A stretch of DNA of 64,000 nt, taken from assembly GCA_963794325.1 (NCBI GenBank), contig CAWCDG010000009.1, forward strand, positions 64,001 through 128,000. Reading direction: 5' to 3'. This DNA comes from an uncultured delta proteobacterium (GTDB lineage: Bacteria; Desulfobacterota; Binatia; Binatales; Binataceae). How positions within the stretch are numbered: the first letter of the stretch is position 1; each line of letters opens with the position of its first letter. The notes beneath the pieces are model-generated. The model saw only the letters and a list, made by a program, of their open reading frames with translations. It ran no database searches and was not told the origin of the DNA. A program made the translations under genes and the position numbers. Shown piece by piece: positions 10,210 to 20,112 of this stretch.

Positions 10210-11052
10210 ATGAGCTTCTTACCCCATCTAGGGCATGGCGTCGGTCTTCGGACGGTTCACTACCCGCACGTTCTGGACAAGTCGGCGGGTGCGGACTGGT
10301 TCGAAGTGATCTCGGAAAACTTCATGATTGCGGGCGGCCGGCCTCTACAGATTTTGGAGAAGGCCCGGGAGCTCGCGCCGGTAGTTCTTCACGGCGTGTC
10401 GCTCAATATCGGCGGAACCGATCCTCTAAGAGAGGACTATCTGGCCGAACTCGAATTGTTGATTCGACGGTTCGCTCCTGCGTGGGTTTCCGATCATCTT
10501 TGTTGGGGAGCAGTCGGCGGACGCTTTGCCCACGATCTCTTGCCGCTTCCTTACACTGAAGAAGCGGTAAGGCACGTCGCCGCTCGAATCCGCCACGTCC
10601 AGGACCGACTCGGACGCCGCATCCTGATGGAGAATGTTTCCAGCTACCTCACCTATTCAATTTCGTCCATGCCGGAATGGGTGTTCGTTTCCGCCGTCGC
10701 CGAGGAAGCCGATTGCGGCATCCTGTTGGACGTAAACAACATTTACGTCAACGCAATCAACCACGGCTTCTCTCCGCTGGAATATCTTTTGGGAATTCCC
10801 AGGGAGCGGGTCGGGCAGATCCACCTGGCCGGTCATAGCAGCTCGGGAGATTTGCTGATCGACACTCACGACCATCCCGTTCCGGCACCGGTATGGCGGC
10901 TCTATCGCGAGGCGGTGCGACGGTTCGGGCGGGTATCAACGCTGGTGGAATGGGACGATCAGATACCTCCTTTTGAAGTACTCCTGGCCGAAGCAAATCG
11001 CGCGCGTGAAATTGAGGGCGAAGTACTCAATGCCAGCTCCATCTCTCTATGA
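10210..11052 (+). CDS. bufB: DUF692 multinuclear non-heme iron oxidase (MNIO)
   Basis: GVGLR, FEVISENF, HGVSL, SDHLCW, ENVSSY, LLDVNNIYV, HLAGH, IDTH, EWD. Confidence 0.93.
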   Translation: MSFLPHLGHGVGLRTVHYPHVLDKSAGADWFEVISENFMIAGGRPLQILEKARELAPVVLHGVSLNIGGTDPLREDYLAELELLIRRFAPAWVSDHLCWGAVGGRFAHDLLPLPYTEEAVRHVAARIRHVQDRLGRRILMENVSSYLTYSISSMPEWVFVSAVAEEADCGILLDVNNIYVNAINHGFSPLEYLLGIPRERVGQIHLAGHSSSGDLLIDTHDHPVPAPVWRLYREAVRRFGRVSTLVEWDDQIPPFEVLLAEANRAREIEGEVLNASSISL

Positions 11053-11815
11053 AGTCCAGCGCTTGTTCTGGGAGTCTGTAGCGGTCCAGCCCGGCCGAGA
11101 CTCAATTGCACCCGCCTTCGTGCGTCTGGTTCGCGGTCACGACGACAGCGATCGGAAAGCACGAATCGGTGTTTACGCGGAGGCTTACTTTTTGCGGCTC
11201 CGCGACGTCCTGCGAGAAGACTTCCTTCGCGTAGCCGCTCTGGTCGGCCCCGCGCAATTTGATGAAATTGTCAAAGGTTATCTTGAGGCGTTTCCTTCGA
11301 GGTGGCCGTCGGTGCGTCACCTGGGCCACGCGCTGTCTGAATTCCTCCGGCACAGAACAGACACGCCCAAGTGCCTTGCCGATCTCGCCGAACTGGAATG
11401 GGCCCGCATTGAGGTCTTTGACGCGCCCGATGCTGAATGTGCGACAATCGAGGACTTTATCTCCGTTCCGGCAGATGCCTGGCCGGCTCTGCGCTTCTCG
11501 GCGATACCCGCGATCAAAACTTTGCGCGCTCAATACCCCGTGCAGCGCCTTTGGTCTGGTGGCTCATCACTCGACGTGTCAGCGGAAGAGACCGCTCTGC
11601 GTGTCTGGCGCGCAAATGACTGCCGAGTCTTTCATGCGCCGATGGACCAAAGAGAGTCGGCGGCGCTCCGGAAGATGATATCGGGCCAACCGTTCGCGAC
11701 AATCTGTGAAACCTTCGCTGACTTGCCCGAGGATGGAGCGGCGCAAGAATCGGCGGCGCTTCTTGTACGATGGATTGAGGACGGAATCATCCATCGAATC
11801 GACCAAGCGGCGTAG
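11030..11815 (+). CDS. bufC: DUF2063 MNIO partner protein
   Basis: RIGVYAEAYFLRLRDVLREDF, ADLAELEWA; overlaps the MNIO stop. Confidence 0.85.
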   Translation: MPAPSLYEVQRLFWESVAVQPGRDSIAPAFVRLVRGHDDSDRKARIGVYAEAYFLRLRDVLREDFLRVAALVGPAQFDEIVKGYLEAFPSRWPSVRHLGHALSEFLRHRTDTPKCLADLAELEWARIEVFDAPDAECATIEDFISVPADAWPALRFSAIPAIKTLRAQYPVQRLWSGGSSLDVSAEETALRVWRANDCRVFHAPMDQRESAALRKMISGQPFATICETFADLPEDGAAQESAALLVRWIEDGIIHRIDQAA

Positions 11816-11816
11816 C

Positions 11817-12071
11817 CTACGAACCACTTCCATTCTTGAGTCTACTGTCCAGGATCCTGTTGACAAGAGACTTCGGCATCATCGTTTCCGCGGAATTGTT
11901 CGGGTCGTCCGCTATCCGCTTGGCCGCGCTGATTGTCAGCTCATATCCCTTCAGATAGTCGGAGCATCGCACGCACTTCTGGCCGTGCTGCAAAAACGAT
12001 CGACGATCAACATCGCTCAATTCACCGTCTCGTAATCTACCAATCAGGCCGACGAACTGGCGGCAAGTCAC
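11817..12071 (-). CDS. zf-HC2 zinc-finger anti-sigma-like small protein
   Basis: MTCRQF...DGEL...HGQKCVRC (HxxxCxxC); GTG start just after the NDH-2 stop. Confidence 0.75.
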   Translation of the reverse strand: MTCRQFVGLIGRLRDGELSDVDRRSFLQHGQKCVRCSDYLKGYELTISAAKRIADDPNNSAETMMPKSLVNRILDSRLKNGSGS

Positions 12072-12072
12072 T

Positions 12073-13455
12073 TCACGCTGCACGATTTGCTTCCCTCTCC
12101 TCATCAGAGCCTTTCGATGGCGTCGTGCTCAGAGGACGTCTGGCAGTCACGCATGCGAAATCCTTTGCGAACCATAGATCGAGCGTCCAATCGAGGGCAA
12201 CTCGTACCTTCTTCTCTAGCCGCGGGAGCTTGAATAGGTAGATAGTGCGCCAGAGCCACCAGGCAAGAAACCCTGAGAAATTGATGCCAAAAACATTAGC
12301 CACCCCGCTGCGTCGGCCGATTGCGGCGAGCCGGCCTAACGTCGAGAACCGAAAGGATTTCTTTTTTCCTCCCAGAATGTCCGCGGCGACGTTGCGTGCA
12401 ACGCATCTGCCTTCGCGAATCGCGTGCTGAGCGGTAGGTGGATGAAATCCTCCGGTCTTGCGGTCGGGAATCGACGCGCAATCGCCCACCGCCCAGACAC
12501 CGGGAAAGTCTTTAACCTGTAGATAGTCATTAACGAGAATACGTCCCTTGCTTTTGGGGATCGGCAAAGCCGCAACGAGGGGATTCTGTGCATTCCCGGC
12601 GGCCCAAATCAGCGTGGTGGCGGGGATTGTCTTACCATCTGAGAGTTCGACCAGACCGCCGCGCACCGCAGTGACTCGCACGCGCGTGAATATCTCGACG
12701 CCGCGGGCAGCCAGCTTTCGTTGCGCATAGGCGCCGAGCTTGGCGCCTAACTCAGGCAAGATAAACTCCTCGGACGATATCAGAATCGTGCGAACAAATT
12801 CCGGTGTCAGGTTTGGATAAAAACGAATCGCGGCGCGGACGAAGTCATGGATCCCACCCAGCGTTTCGACTCCGGCAAAACCGGCCCCCACTACCACGAA
12901 CGTGAGCAGAGGCTGGCGCTCGCCGGCCGCGCACTCCGAGTTCGCTTCCTCGAGATGCGTGATCAGACGGTTCCTCAATTCGATCGCGTCGTCGAGGGTC
13001 TTGATAGTCAGCGCTGCGTCCTGGACTCCCGGTAGGCCGAAGAAGTTCGTGCTCGAACCCAGCGCGATTATCAGATGGTCGTACGGGAGTTCGTGGACGT
13101 GGCGATCGAAGCCATGGGTGACGGTAACGCATCGTCGTTCGAGATTTATCTTTTCTATATTCCCAGTGAACGTCTTTACGCGCCGGAGCAGCTTCCGAAG
13201 GGGATTGATGATGGTGTTCATTTCAAGATCGCTCGCCGCGACTTCATGCAACATCGGCGTGAATAGAAAGTAGTTATCCCGCGTCACTAGGGTGATGTTT
13301 ACGTTGTCACGGTCGCGGAGAGCGTGTTCCAGTTCAATCGCGGCGTATATGCCGCCGAATCCGCCTCCGAGTATAAGGACGCGGCAGGCGCGATCTGCGC
13401 CTGTTTCAGGCTCCGCCCCCCGGCATCCGAAGTCATGGTTTACCGCTTGGTCCAA
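12073..13455 (-). CDS. ndh: Type II NADH dehydrogenase-like FAD oxidoreductase
   Basis: ILGGGFGG, FTPMLHEVA, VVGAGFAGVE, GDCA, PTAQHA, WRTIYL. Confidence 0.88.
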   Translation of the reverse strand: MDQAVNHDFGCRGAEPETGADRACRVLILGGGFGGIYAAIELEHALRDRDNVNITLVTRDNYFLFTPMLHEVAASDLEMNTIINPLRKLLRRVKTFTGNIEKINLERRCVTVTHGFDRHVHELPYDHLIIALGSSTNFFGLPGVQDAALTIKTLDDAIELRNRLITHLEEANSECAAGERQPLLTFVVVGAGFAGVETLGGIHDFVRAAIRFYPNLTPEFVRTILISSEEFILPELGAKLGAYAQRKLAARGVEIFTRVRVTAVRGGLVELSDGKTIPATTLIWAAGNAQNPLVAALPIPKSKGRILVNDYLQVKDFPGVWAVGDCASIPDRKTGGFHPPTAQHAIREGRCVARNVAADILGGKKKSFRFSTLGRLAAIGRRSGVANVFGINFSGFLAWWLWRTIYLFKLPRLEKKVRVALDWTLDLWFAKDFACVTARRPLSTTPSKGSDEEREANRAA

Positions 13456-13504
13456 ATGATTTCTCCGCTGTGGAACCGTTGAAATTACCGGATTGTTCCA
13501 TACC

Positions 13505-13532
13505 TTAGATGCGCCTCTGGCCGCGGGGTTTC
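13505..13532 (-). promoter_or_regulatory. Putative ECF-sigma promoter of the ndh/anti-sigma operon
   Basis: GAAACC-N17-TCTAA with the shared CATC core. Confidence 0.55.
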
Positions 13533-13617
13533 ATTATTCCTGTTGGCGTACTGCCGCATCGGCACTAGAATCGATCCGGCAGACAACTCCGTGACGATAG
13601 GGCTGGAGTTCTCCTTG

Positions 13618-15576
13618 ATGGGGAAGAACGGGTTCACGACAGAAGGCTCTTCCGGCGATGCAGCGCTGCGCGAGATCGTCGAGGGCATAGAATCGGAAAC
13701 GGGCGAGCGTTTCTTCTACTCGCTCGTCAAACACCTCTCGTCCGCACTCGGTTGCGAGTACGCGTTCGTTTCCGAACTGCCGGCAGACCGTTCGCGCTTT
13801 CGGACGCGTGCCGTGTGGGGACGCGGAAGTTTCATGGAAAACTTCGAGTCTCCTCTCGATGGTACTCCGTGCGAAGCAGTTCTGAACGGCAAGGTCTCTC
13901 ATCATCCCGAACAGATCCGCCAGCTCTTCCCCGCCGACGCCGGCCTCAAGCAGTGGGGTGTCGAGAGCTATTGCGGCGTTCCCTTGCTTGATTCCGCCGG
14001 AACCGTCGTCGGCCACCTGGCGATCCTGTCTGAGCGGCCGATGTTGGACGGACCCCGCGGGCTCGCGATCATGCGAATTTTCGCGGCCCGCGCGCGCGCC
14101 GAACTAGAGCGCCTACGCACAGAGGAAGCACTGCGCCAGGTGAACGAGGCGTTGGTACGGAGCGAAGAACGCTTTCGCGACCTATTCGACGAGGCTCCGA
14201 TAGCCTACGTCCATGAAGGGCTTGACTCGCGGTTCATCGAGGCTAACCGCACGGCGATGAGGATCCTCGGCCTCAATGCCGAAGAGATCGACGGAATGAC
14301 GGGGAAGTCTTTGATGCCCGATACTCCCGAGGCCCAGCAACGCTTAGGCGAGTGGCTCGCTTCAATGGAGCGCGGCACCGCTACGACAGGCACCGTCCTC
14401 GAGATACGCCGCAAAAATGACGGTAGGCCCGCGTGGATCCAGTGCTGGTCAAGGCCAGCTCCCGACGGCAGTTACACGCGGACTATGTTCATCGATGTAA
14501 CGGACCGCGTGCTCATGGAGCGAGAGAAGGTGCGCCTCCAAGCTCAAAACACGTACCTGATTGAAGAGATCAAGGAAACGCACAACTTCGAGGAGATCGT
14601 CGGGCAGAGCCGGGCTCTCGCCGAGGTAATCGAAAAGGTAAAGCTCGTCGCGAGTACGGATTCGTCGGTCCTGATTCTGGGCGAAACCGGCACCGGAAAG
14701 GAGCTGGTGGCGCGCGCCGTGCACTCGAACAGCGAGCGCAGGAATCGGCCGCTGGTCAAGGTGAACTGCGCCGCTCTTCCTGTTGGTCTCATCGAAAGCG
14801 AGTTGTTTGGTCATGAGAAGGGAGCCTTCACCGGCGCGACCGATCGCCGTATCGGCCGGTTTGAGCTCGCGCACGGAGGGACTATCTTTCTGGACGAAAT
14901 CGGCGAGATGCCGCCGGATTTGCAGGTCAAGCTGCTGCGCGTTCTCCAGGAGCACGAGTTCGAGCGGGTCGGTGGCTCGAATCTGATCAAGGTCGACGTG
15001 CGTGTGATTGCCGCGACCAACCGCGACCTTCTGCGATCGGTTTCCGAAGGAATGTTTCGGCAGGATCTCTACTACCGCCTCAACGTCTTCCCGGTTCACC
15101 TGCCGCCGCTGCGCGATCGGCGCGAGGACATTCCGCCGCTGGTACATTACTTCGTCCGCCGCTTCAGCCTGAAAATCGGGCGCAAGATAACTCGCATCCA
15201 GCGCGAAACGATGGAGCGGCTGGTCAGCTACGCTTGGCCGGGAAATGTACGCGAGCTCGAAAACGTGATCGAGCGATCGGTAATCCTGTCGCGGGGGAGC
15301 GAACTTGAAGTCGCGCCCGGCGTCTTGGCAGAAACCGCGGCTGTTGCGCACACGCAAACCGGCAGGCCCGCGCATGAGGATAAGAACCTGTCGGTTGCTC
15401 CGCCGCAAAGCATCGATCAGGTGGAACGCAATCACATCCTCGAAGTTCTGATGCGAACCAACTGGCGAATCGAAGGAGCCGATGGAGCGGCGGCGTTGTT
15501 GAACCTCAATCCCAGCACATTGCGCAGCCGGATGAAAAAGCTCGGCGTTCAGCGGAGCACGCAAGGGGTTTCGTAG
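13618..15576 (+). CDS. Sigma54-dependent activator (GAF-PAS-AAA+-HTH, FhlA-like)
   Basis: [32 protein letters not shown]-terminal HTH. Confidence 0.92.
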   Translation: MGKNGFTTEGSSGDAALREIVEGIESETGERFFYSLVKHLSSALGCEYAFVSELPADRSRFRTRAVWGRGSFMENFESPLDGTPCEAVLNGKVSHHPEQIRQLFPADAGLKQWGVESYCGVPLLDSAGTVVGHLAILSERPMLDGPRGLAIMRIFAARARAELERLRTEEALRQVNEALVRSEERFRDLFDEAPIAYVHEGLDSRFIEANRTAMRILGLNAEEIDGMTGKSLMPDTPEAQQRLGEWLASMERGTATTGTVLEIRRKNDGRPAWIQCWSRPAPDGSYTRTMFIDVTDRVLMEREKVRLQAQNTYLIEEIKETHNFEEIVGQSRALAEVIEKVKLVASTDSSVLILGETGTGKELVARAVHSNSERRNRPLVKVNCAALPVGLIESELFGHEKGAFTGATDRRIGRFELAHGGTIFLDEIGEMPPDLQVKLLRVLQEHEFERVGGSNLIKVDVRVIAATNRDLLRSVSEGMFRQDLYYRLNVFPVHLPPLRDRREDIPPLVHYFVRRFSLKIGRKITRIQRETMERLVSYAWPGNVRELENVIERSVILSRGSELEVAPGVLAETAAVAHTQTGRPAHEDKNLSVAPPQSIDQVERNHILEVLMRTNWRIEGADGAAALLNLNPSTLRSRMKKLGVQRSTQGVS

Positions 15577-15578
15577 GT

Positions 15579-15594
15579 CCGCGATATGTCGTGG
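15579..15594. promoter_or_regulatory. Candidate enhancer (UAS) palindrome
   Basis: CCGCGA-TATG-TCGTGG about 100 bp upstream of the predicted sigma54 start; resembles CAACGA-N4-TCGTTG sites at 49283-49332. Confidence 0.45.
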
Positions 15595-15658
15595 GCGCGC
15601 TTCGCGGCTCGCGGTACCCAAAAAGCCTAAATCCCCGGAATCATTGCGATCTCGGTCG

Positions 15659-15674
15659 TGGCCTGCGCCTTGCT
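15659..15674 (+). promoter_or_regulatory. Sigma54 (-24/-12) promoter
   Basis: TGGCCTGCGCCTTGCT, exact GG-N10-GC spacing. Confidence 0.7.
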
Positions 15675-15686
15675 CTACCAGAGGTC

Positions 15687-16613
15687 ATGATCAGAATCAC
15701 CGTCGTTCCCCGTGAGCACAGTGCGACTCGAGTCATCGTCGAGGGGCGGATAGCCAAGGCCGCATCGCTCGAATTGGCCGGTGTATGTGACCAGCATCTT
15801 GCCGGCGGAGAAAACCTTGAGCTCGATCTGTCGGCTGTGACATTCGCGGACAGTGACGGCGTGACCCTGGTGCGTGATCTGGTTAAGAAGGGCTGCGTAC
15901 TAGAGGAATGCTCCGAGCTGGTACGTACTCTGGTCGGGGATCAATCGTCGCAATCGCCAAAGTCCAATGGTGCTGGCAACGAAAACGAACGGCAGATGCT
16001 CGCGCAACTACGCGCCGGCGACGACGGCGCCTTCGAGCTGGTCGTGCAGCGATACGGCGACCGCATGCTGGCGACCGCCCGCAGATTTCTTAAAAACGAG
16101 AGCGACGCGCAAGACGCTGTCCAGGAGGCGTTCGCCTCTGCATTTCGCGCGCTCAACAAATTCAATGGCGACGCGATGCTTTCTACCTGGCTTCATCGCA
16201 TTGTCGTGAACGCGGCGCTCGTGCAGTTGCGGTCCAAAAGACGTAGAGCCGAACGGACGATACAGGACTTGCTTCCGCGCTTCGACCAGGAGGGCGAGTG
16301 GATCGGCGATCCGGTCACTTGGACCGATGCCAGCGAGACCATTTTGGAACGTCGCGATTCACGCGAGATGGTGCGGCGATGCATCGAGCGACTTCCCGCG
16401 ATATACCGTTCGGTCGTTCTGCTGCGCGATATCGAGGAGCTGGATACAGACGAGACTGCACGATCCCTTGCGATCACCCCGAACACAGTCAAAGTGCGGC
16501 TCCATCGTGCTCGCCAAGCGCTCAAGACTCTCATTGAGCGAGAGCTTGGCCTCCAGTTCTCTAATTCGAACCAAATCGGCTCATGCGATCGTGAGCACCG
16601 CACTTCGCTCTAG
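15687..16613 (+). CDS. STAS domain-ECF sigma factor fusion
   Basis: N-terminal VEGRI...LDLSAVTFADSDG (STAS) then DAQDAVQEAF, STWLHRIVVN, TVKVRLHRAR (sigma regions 2 and 4). Confidence 0.85.
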   Translation: MIRITVVPREHSATRVIVEGRIAKAASLELAGVCDQHLAGGENLELDLSAVTFADSDGVTLVRDLVKKGCVLEECSELVRTLVGDQSSQSPKSNGAGNENERQMLAQLRAGDDGAFELVVQRYGDRMLATARRFLKNESDAQDAVQEAFASAFRALNKFNGDAMLSTWLHRIVVNAALVQLRSKRRRAERTIQDLLPRFDQEGEWIGDPVTWTDASETILERRDSREMVRRCIERLPAIYRSVVLLRDIEELDTDETARSLAITPNTVKVRLHRARQALKTLIERELGLQFSNSNQIGSCDREHRTSL

Positions 16614-16721
16614 GCAAAGGTTCTGTAGGCAAGCCGCGAGACCAATCTCTTATGCCTTGGCTCCTCGCAGTCGAACCCGGCCGGAGTGTTGCCAGCTCAC
16701 CGAAAATGAACGCGAACCCTT

Positions 16722-17528
16722 GTGGCAGGCAACTCGCAGATAAGTAAAGCTCCAGGTCGATTTGCCTTCATTGCGTCGGCAGTGTTCGCCTTTCCGGCGA
16801 TAGCGTTCGCGCAATTCGGTGGTCAGGGCCTTGGTAGCGCACTTAGCAACGATCCCTTGTCCCACCAAGGTCAGGTCCGCCCCGGCGTCGATGATACCGC
16901 TGGTCACGCCGCGCAGGAGAAGCCCTTCAATATCATCAAAGACGTAAAGCTGGGCCTCAAAGATGCTGATCCGAACGTGCGCGTGGGTGAGTTGACCAAA
17001 TTACGCGATCTGCAAGATCCAGAGGTGAACGCTATTCTCATGGAATCGATGGCCGACCCGGATTTGCGCGTGAAGCTTAAGGCGATCGACATCCTTGGTG
17101 CACGCGAGGCTGATGAGGCAGTAGCGCCGATGTCGTCGATGCTGTTTCAGCGATCGACGGAGCAAATCGCGAGACTTCATCTGATTGCGGAGCTGGGCCG
17201 AATCGGCGACGGGCGAGCTGCAACGGCTATTATGCAATTTCTAGCGGAGCCCGAAGACGAGCGCGGACGCGGCACTGCGGTATTCGCGCTGGGCGAGATT
17301 GGAAATGAGAAAGCGACGCCGCTCCTCAAAAGCGTTCTGATCGAAGACCAGAGTCCGACGGTACGACGGCTGGCGCGAGAAGCGCTGCGCAAGATCGACG
17401 GCGAGCTTCCTTTCGAGCACCAAAAGCAGCTGGCGTCGCGACAAGACCCGCATGCCCCGGTCCCGACCGATCAGAAGCTCGCAAAGCTGCGCGAGCTCGA
17501 CCAGAAGTTGCAGAACCAGGAGCGTTAA
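16722..17528 (+). CDS. Secreted HEAT-repeat protein
   Basis: Signal peptide AIAFA-Q; repeats DPNVRV, DPDLRVKLKAIDILG, AVFALGEIG, PTVRRLAREAL. Confidence 0.75.
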   Translation: MAGNSQISKAPGRFAFIASAVFAFPAIAFAQFGGQGLGSALSNDPLSHQGQVRPGVDDTAGHAAQEKPFNIIKDVKLGLKDADPNVRVGELTKLRDLQDPEVNAILMESMADPDLRVKLKAIDILGAREADEAVAPMSSMLFQRSTEQIARLHLIAELGRIGDGRAATAIMQFLAEPEDERGRGTAVFALGEIGNEKATPLLKSVLIEDQSPTVRRLAREALRKIDGELPFEHQKQLASRQDPHAPVPTDQKLAKLRELDQKLQNQER

Positions 17529-17575
17529 ACCGGGGTGTTCTCGATTGCGGCATTCCTGAGCCTCTTGCCGCCTCT

Positions 17576-17989
17576 TTATCCTTCAAGCCGAGACCTAAGG
17601 GCTCTCCCGCTTGCTAGCTTCGCCGTAAGCACGGGAGACCGACGAATCATCCGCGGTGCTTCGCCCGCAAGCTCGCGGTCGCCCCAACGGAGTAGCTCCC
17701 TTCTGAGGAGGCTAGGATCGACGTCGAGGGCATCACAGATGTACTGGACGGAAAATGGCCCGCTTCCCTTGTCGCAGAACAGCCACCACTCGGCATCGGA
17801 AAATAGCCCGTGGCGAGGTCCTTGCTCCGATGCAGCCCCCATACGAAAGCACCGCACGGCGTCGCTGAGCACCGCTAACATAAGGCGTTTCTCTGGTTCA
17901 AGACACCTGGTTCGCGAGTCAAAGTGTTGCGATGGCAGGATGATGTCAGGCGCCAAGATCCCATCGACTGTCCAGTTCGCCGTGGACAT
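17576..17989 (-). CDS. Conserved hypothetical protein
   Basis: ILPSQHF...PEKRLMLAVLSDAV...PFSVQYICDALDVDP; preceded by the ECF motif. Confidence 0.65.
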   Translation of the reverse strand: MSTANWTVDGILAPDIILPSQHFDSRTRCLEPEKRLMLAVLSDAVRCFRMGAASEQGPRHGLFSDAEWWLFCDKGSGPFSVQYICDALDVDPSLLRRELLRWGDRELAGEAPRMIRRSPVLTAKLASGRALRSRLEG

Positions 17990-18079
17990 CTGGCGATCTT
18001 CTGTTTCCGTGGACTGTCGGAGACGTGACACGCGGGTGAGGCCTACAAGGTTGTGCGAGGACTTTCCGAACCGTGCCAA

Positions 18080-18108
18080 TTGGATGCAATGAGAGGGCCT
18101 CGGGTTAC
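18080..18108 (-). promoter_or_regulatory. Putative ECF-sigma promoter
   Basis: GTAACC-N18-TCCAA with CATC core. Confidence 0.55.
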
Positions 18109-18187
18109 ACATAGGCGCGGAGGTCGACCCCGCATCCGATCGAAGGATCGAGCGGCGCAATCGCGGGTGCTCGCTCACGGCCTTCGC

Positions 18188-18215
18188 GAAACCAATGGTC
18201 CTCGCCGGCATCTTA
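18188..18215 (+). promoter_or_regulatory. Putative ECF-sigma promoter (divergent partner)
   Basis: GAAACC-N17-TCTTA with CATC core, ending 7 nt before ATG 18222. Confidence 0.5.
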
Positions 18216-18221
18216 GTAAAG

Positions 18222-19385
18222 ATGACCTCGGCTCTCGATTGCGATGTGCTTGTCGCCGGCGGTGGACCCGCTGGGCTTGCCGTTGCAATAGCAGCGCGAA
18301 TGAACGGTCTGAGTGCAATCGTAATCGAGCGCCGCCCCTCTCCACCTGACAAGGCTTGCGGCGAATGCCTTATGCCGCCGGCGGTGCTAGCGCTCGACCG
18401 AATGGGGGTGCTGGATTTGATCGATCCCGCCCATCGCCCGTCGATCGACGGCATTCGCCTTAAAGTGGGCCCGGCGTCGGCTGAGGCACATCTGCCCCCA
18501 CCCGGTGCAGTGGCCGTCCGAAGGACCACGCTGACTGGCGCAATGATGCGTCGAGCTCGCCGACTCGGCGCGGAAGTTCAAACGCGCATCAGCGTGCTCG
18601 GCTATCGTGTCCAGCAGGACACGGTGCTTGCGGAAACGGATGTGGGACTAGTGCGCGCCCGATTCCTTGCTGCCGCAGATGGTCTCCATTCGCGGCTGCG
18701 CGCGGTGGCCGGATTGCAGGCGACATCGAGCGGCCCGCGTCGATTCGGGATACGCCAACATTTTCGCGTTACGCCGTGGAGCCGCTTCGTCGAAGTGCAC
18801 CTGACCGATGGTGTTGAGGCCTATGTCACTCCCGTCGGTCCTGAACGAGTGGGTGTCGCGTTCCTGTGGGACGAAGCGAGCGTGGCGCGGCAATCGATTG
18901 ACAAACTTCTTGAACGATTTCCTTCTATTTCGATGCGTCTCGCAGGAGCGGTGGCGGATTCCCGTCCTCGGGGCGCGGGCCCAATGGCATGTTCAGCGCG
19001 CTCGCGAATCTCAGATCGATTTGCGCTCGTGGGAGATGCGGCAGGTTATATTGATGCAATCACTGGCGAAGGGTTGTCACTCGCGCTCGTCTCGGCGCTC
19101 ACTCTTGGCAGGATACTTCCCGCCGCGCTCGAATTAGGCGGGTCGCGTGAGACGCTGCTCGCGTACCAGCGCGAATCCGAGCGCCAGTATCGCCGCTACG
19201 CATTTGTGACGAAGACTATGCTCGCCTTTGCGCGCCGTCCTGCGCTTCACAGGCCAGTAATCGCAATGCTCGCGCGACACCCTCAAATGTTCTCCGCGAT
19301 ACTCTGCCTCGCTGTCGGCTCGCGGCCGGCAAGAGAACTGCCCGAGAACACCCCATCCCTGAGCCCTGCGGAATCGCAAGATTGA
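18222..19385 (+). CDS. FAD-dependent monooxygenase/oxidoreductase
   Basis: VAGGGPAG, DKACGE, AADGLHS, LVGDAAGYIDAITGEG. Confidence 0.85.
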   Translation: MTSALDCDVLVAGGGPAGLAVAIAARMNGLSAIVIERRPSPPDKACGECLMPPAVLALDRMGVLDLIDPAHRPSIDGIRLKVGPASAEAHLPPPGAVAVRRTTLTGAMMRRARRLGAEVQTRISVLGYRVQQDTVLAETDVGLVRARFLAAADGLHSRLRAVAGLQATSSGPRRFGIRQHFRVTPWSRFVEVHLTDGVEAYVTPVGPERVGVAFLWDEASVARQSIDKLLERFPSISMRLAGAVADSRPRGAGPMACSARSRISDRFALVGDAAGYIDAITGEGLSLALVSALTLGRILPAALELGGSRETLLAYQRESERQYRRYAFVTKTMLAFARRPALHRPVIAMLARHPQMFSAILCLAVGSRPARELPENTPSLSPAESQD

Positions 19386-19406
19386 ACCCTATCTAGGAGG
19401 AAGAAT

Positions 19407-19850
19407 ATGCGTTCATCGAAAATTCTAACATTGCTAGCTATCGGACTGGCGCTCGCAAGTTCCGGCTGCGGTGCGCTGGAGGCCGCAAGGTCAGAGCAGG
19501 TTGAAAAGCAAATAGCTTTCGAGCATCGCGTTGACACTGCTCATGTCTGGGTCACCACGGAGTCGCCTCCGGCCGGCCAGCCTTATTCCACGCTTGGCGA
19601 GTTAAGTTACACCGAACCGTTCTCGCCCGATGCGATCGACGAGGCCAGGATCAGCGACAAGCTGAAGAAAATAGCCCTCCAGAAATGGCCGGACATGATC
19701 GACGCGATCGTCAACGAGAATCAGACGGTTTCCGCCGACGGCTCGCAGATCACGGTCACGGGAAAGGCAATTCAATACGACTCGTCGGTGGACCGGGCTG
19801 CCTTGCATCACCTTAACGACGACCTCGTCGCGTCGCCGAACGGCAACTAG
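19407..19850 (+). CDS. Hypothetical lipoprotein
   Basis: RBS AGGAGG; lipobox LASSG-C. Confidence 0.7.
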   Translation: MRSSKILTLLAIGLALASSGCGALEAARSEQVEKQIAFEHRVDTAHVWVTTESPPAGQPYSTLGELSYTEPFSPDAIDEARISDKLKKIALQKWPDMIDAIVNENQTVSADGSQITVTGKAIQYDSSVDRAALHHLNDDLVASPNGN

Positions 19851-20112
19851 TAGCCGACAGGGGCAAGCGGAAACCGTTCGCGACGCGCCCGACCGGCTAC
19901 AGAAACCGTCGCTTTGCAGACTGCCCCCGACTGGTTCTCAGTGTGGGAGTTCCGAAGAGACTGCAGAGAAGAGAGAAAAGCTCCAGAAACGACAGAGGTG
20001 AACATGCTTGATATTGTTGGCCCTTTTTCAATACTTACACGGAAACTTACACACTTTCACATTTGATGGAAATAAAGCCAATAAAACAGGGAACTTTTCG
20101 CTACAATCAAAC

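Noticed and set aside
16637-16705. ECF motif upstream of the HEAT-repeat gene
   Set aside because: Only weak matches (GAGACC-N18-TCCTC, GAACCC-N18-TCACC); not counted in the regulon
18062-18080. TTGGCACG as a sigma54 promoter on the minus strand
   Set aside because: No GC at the -12 position
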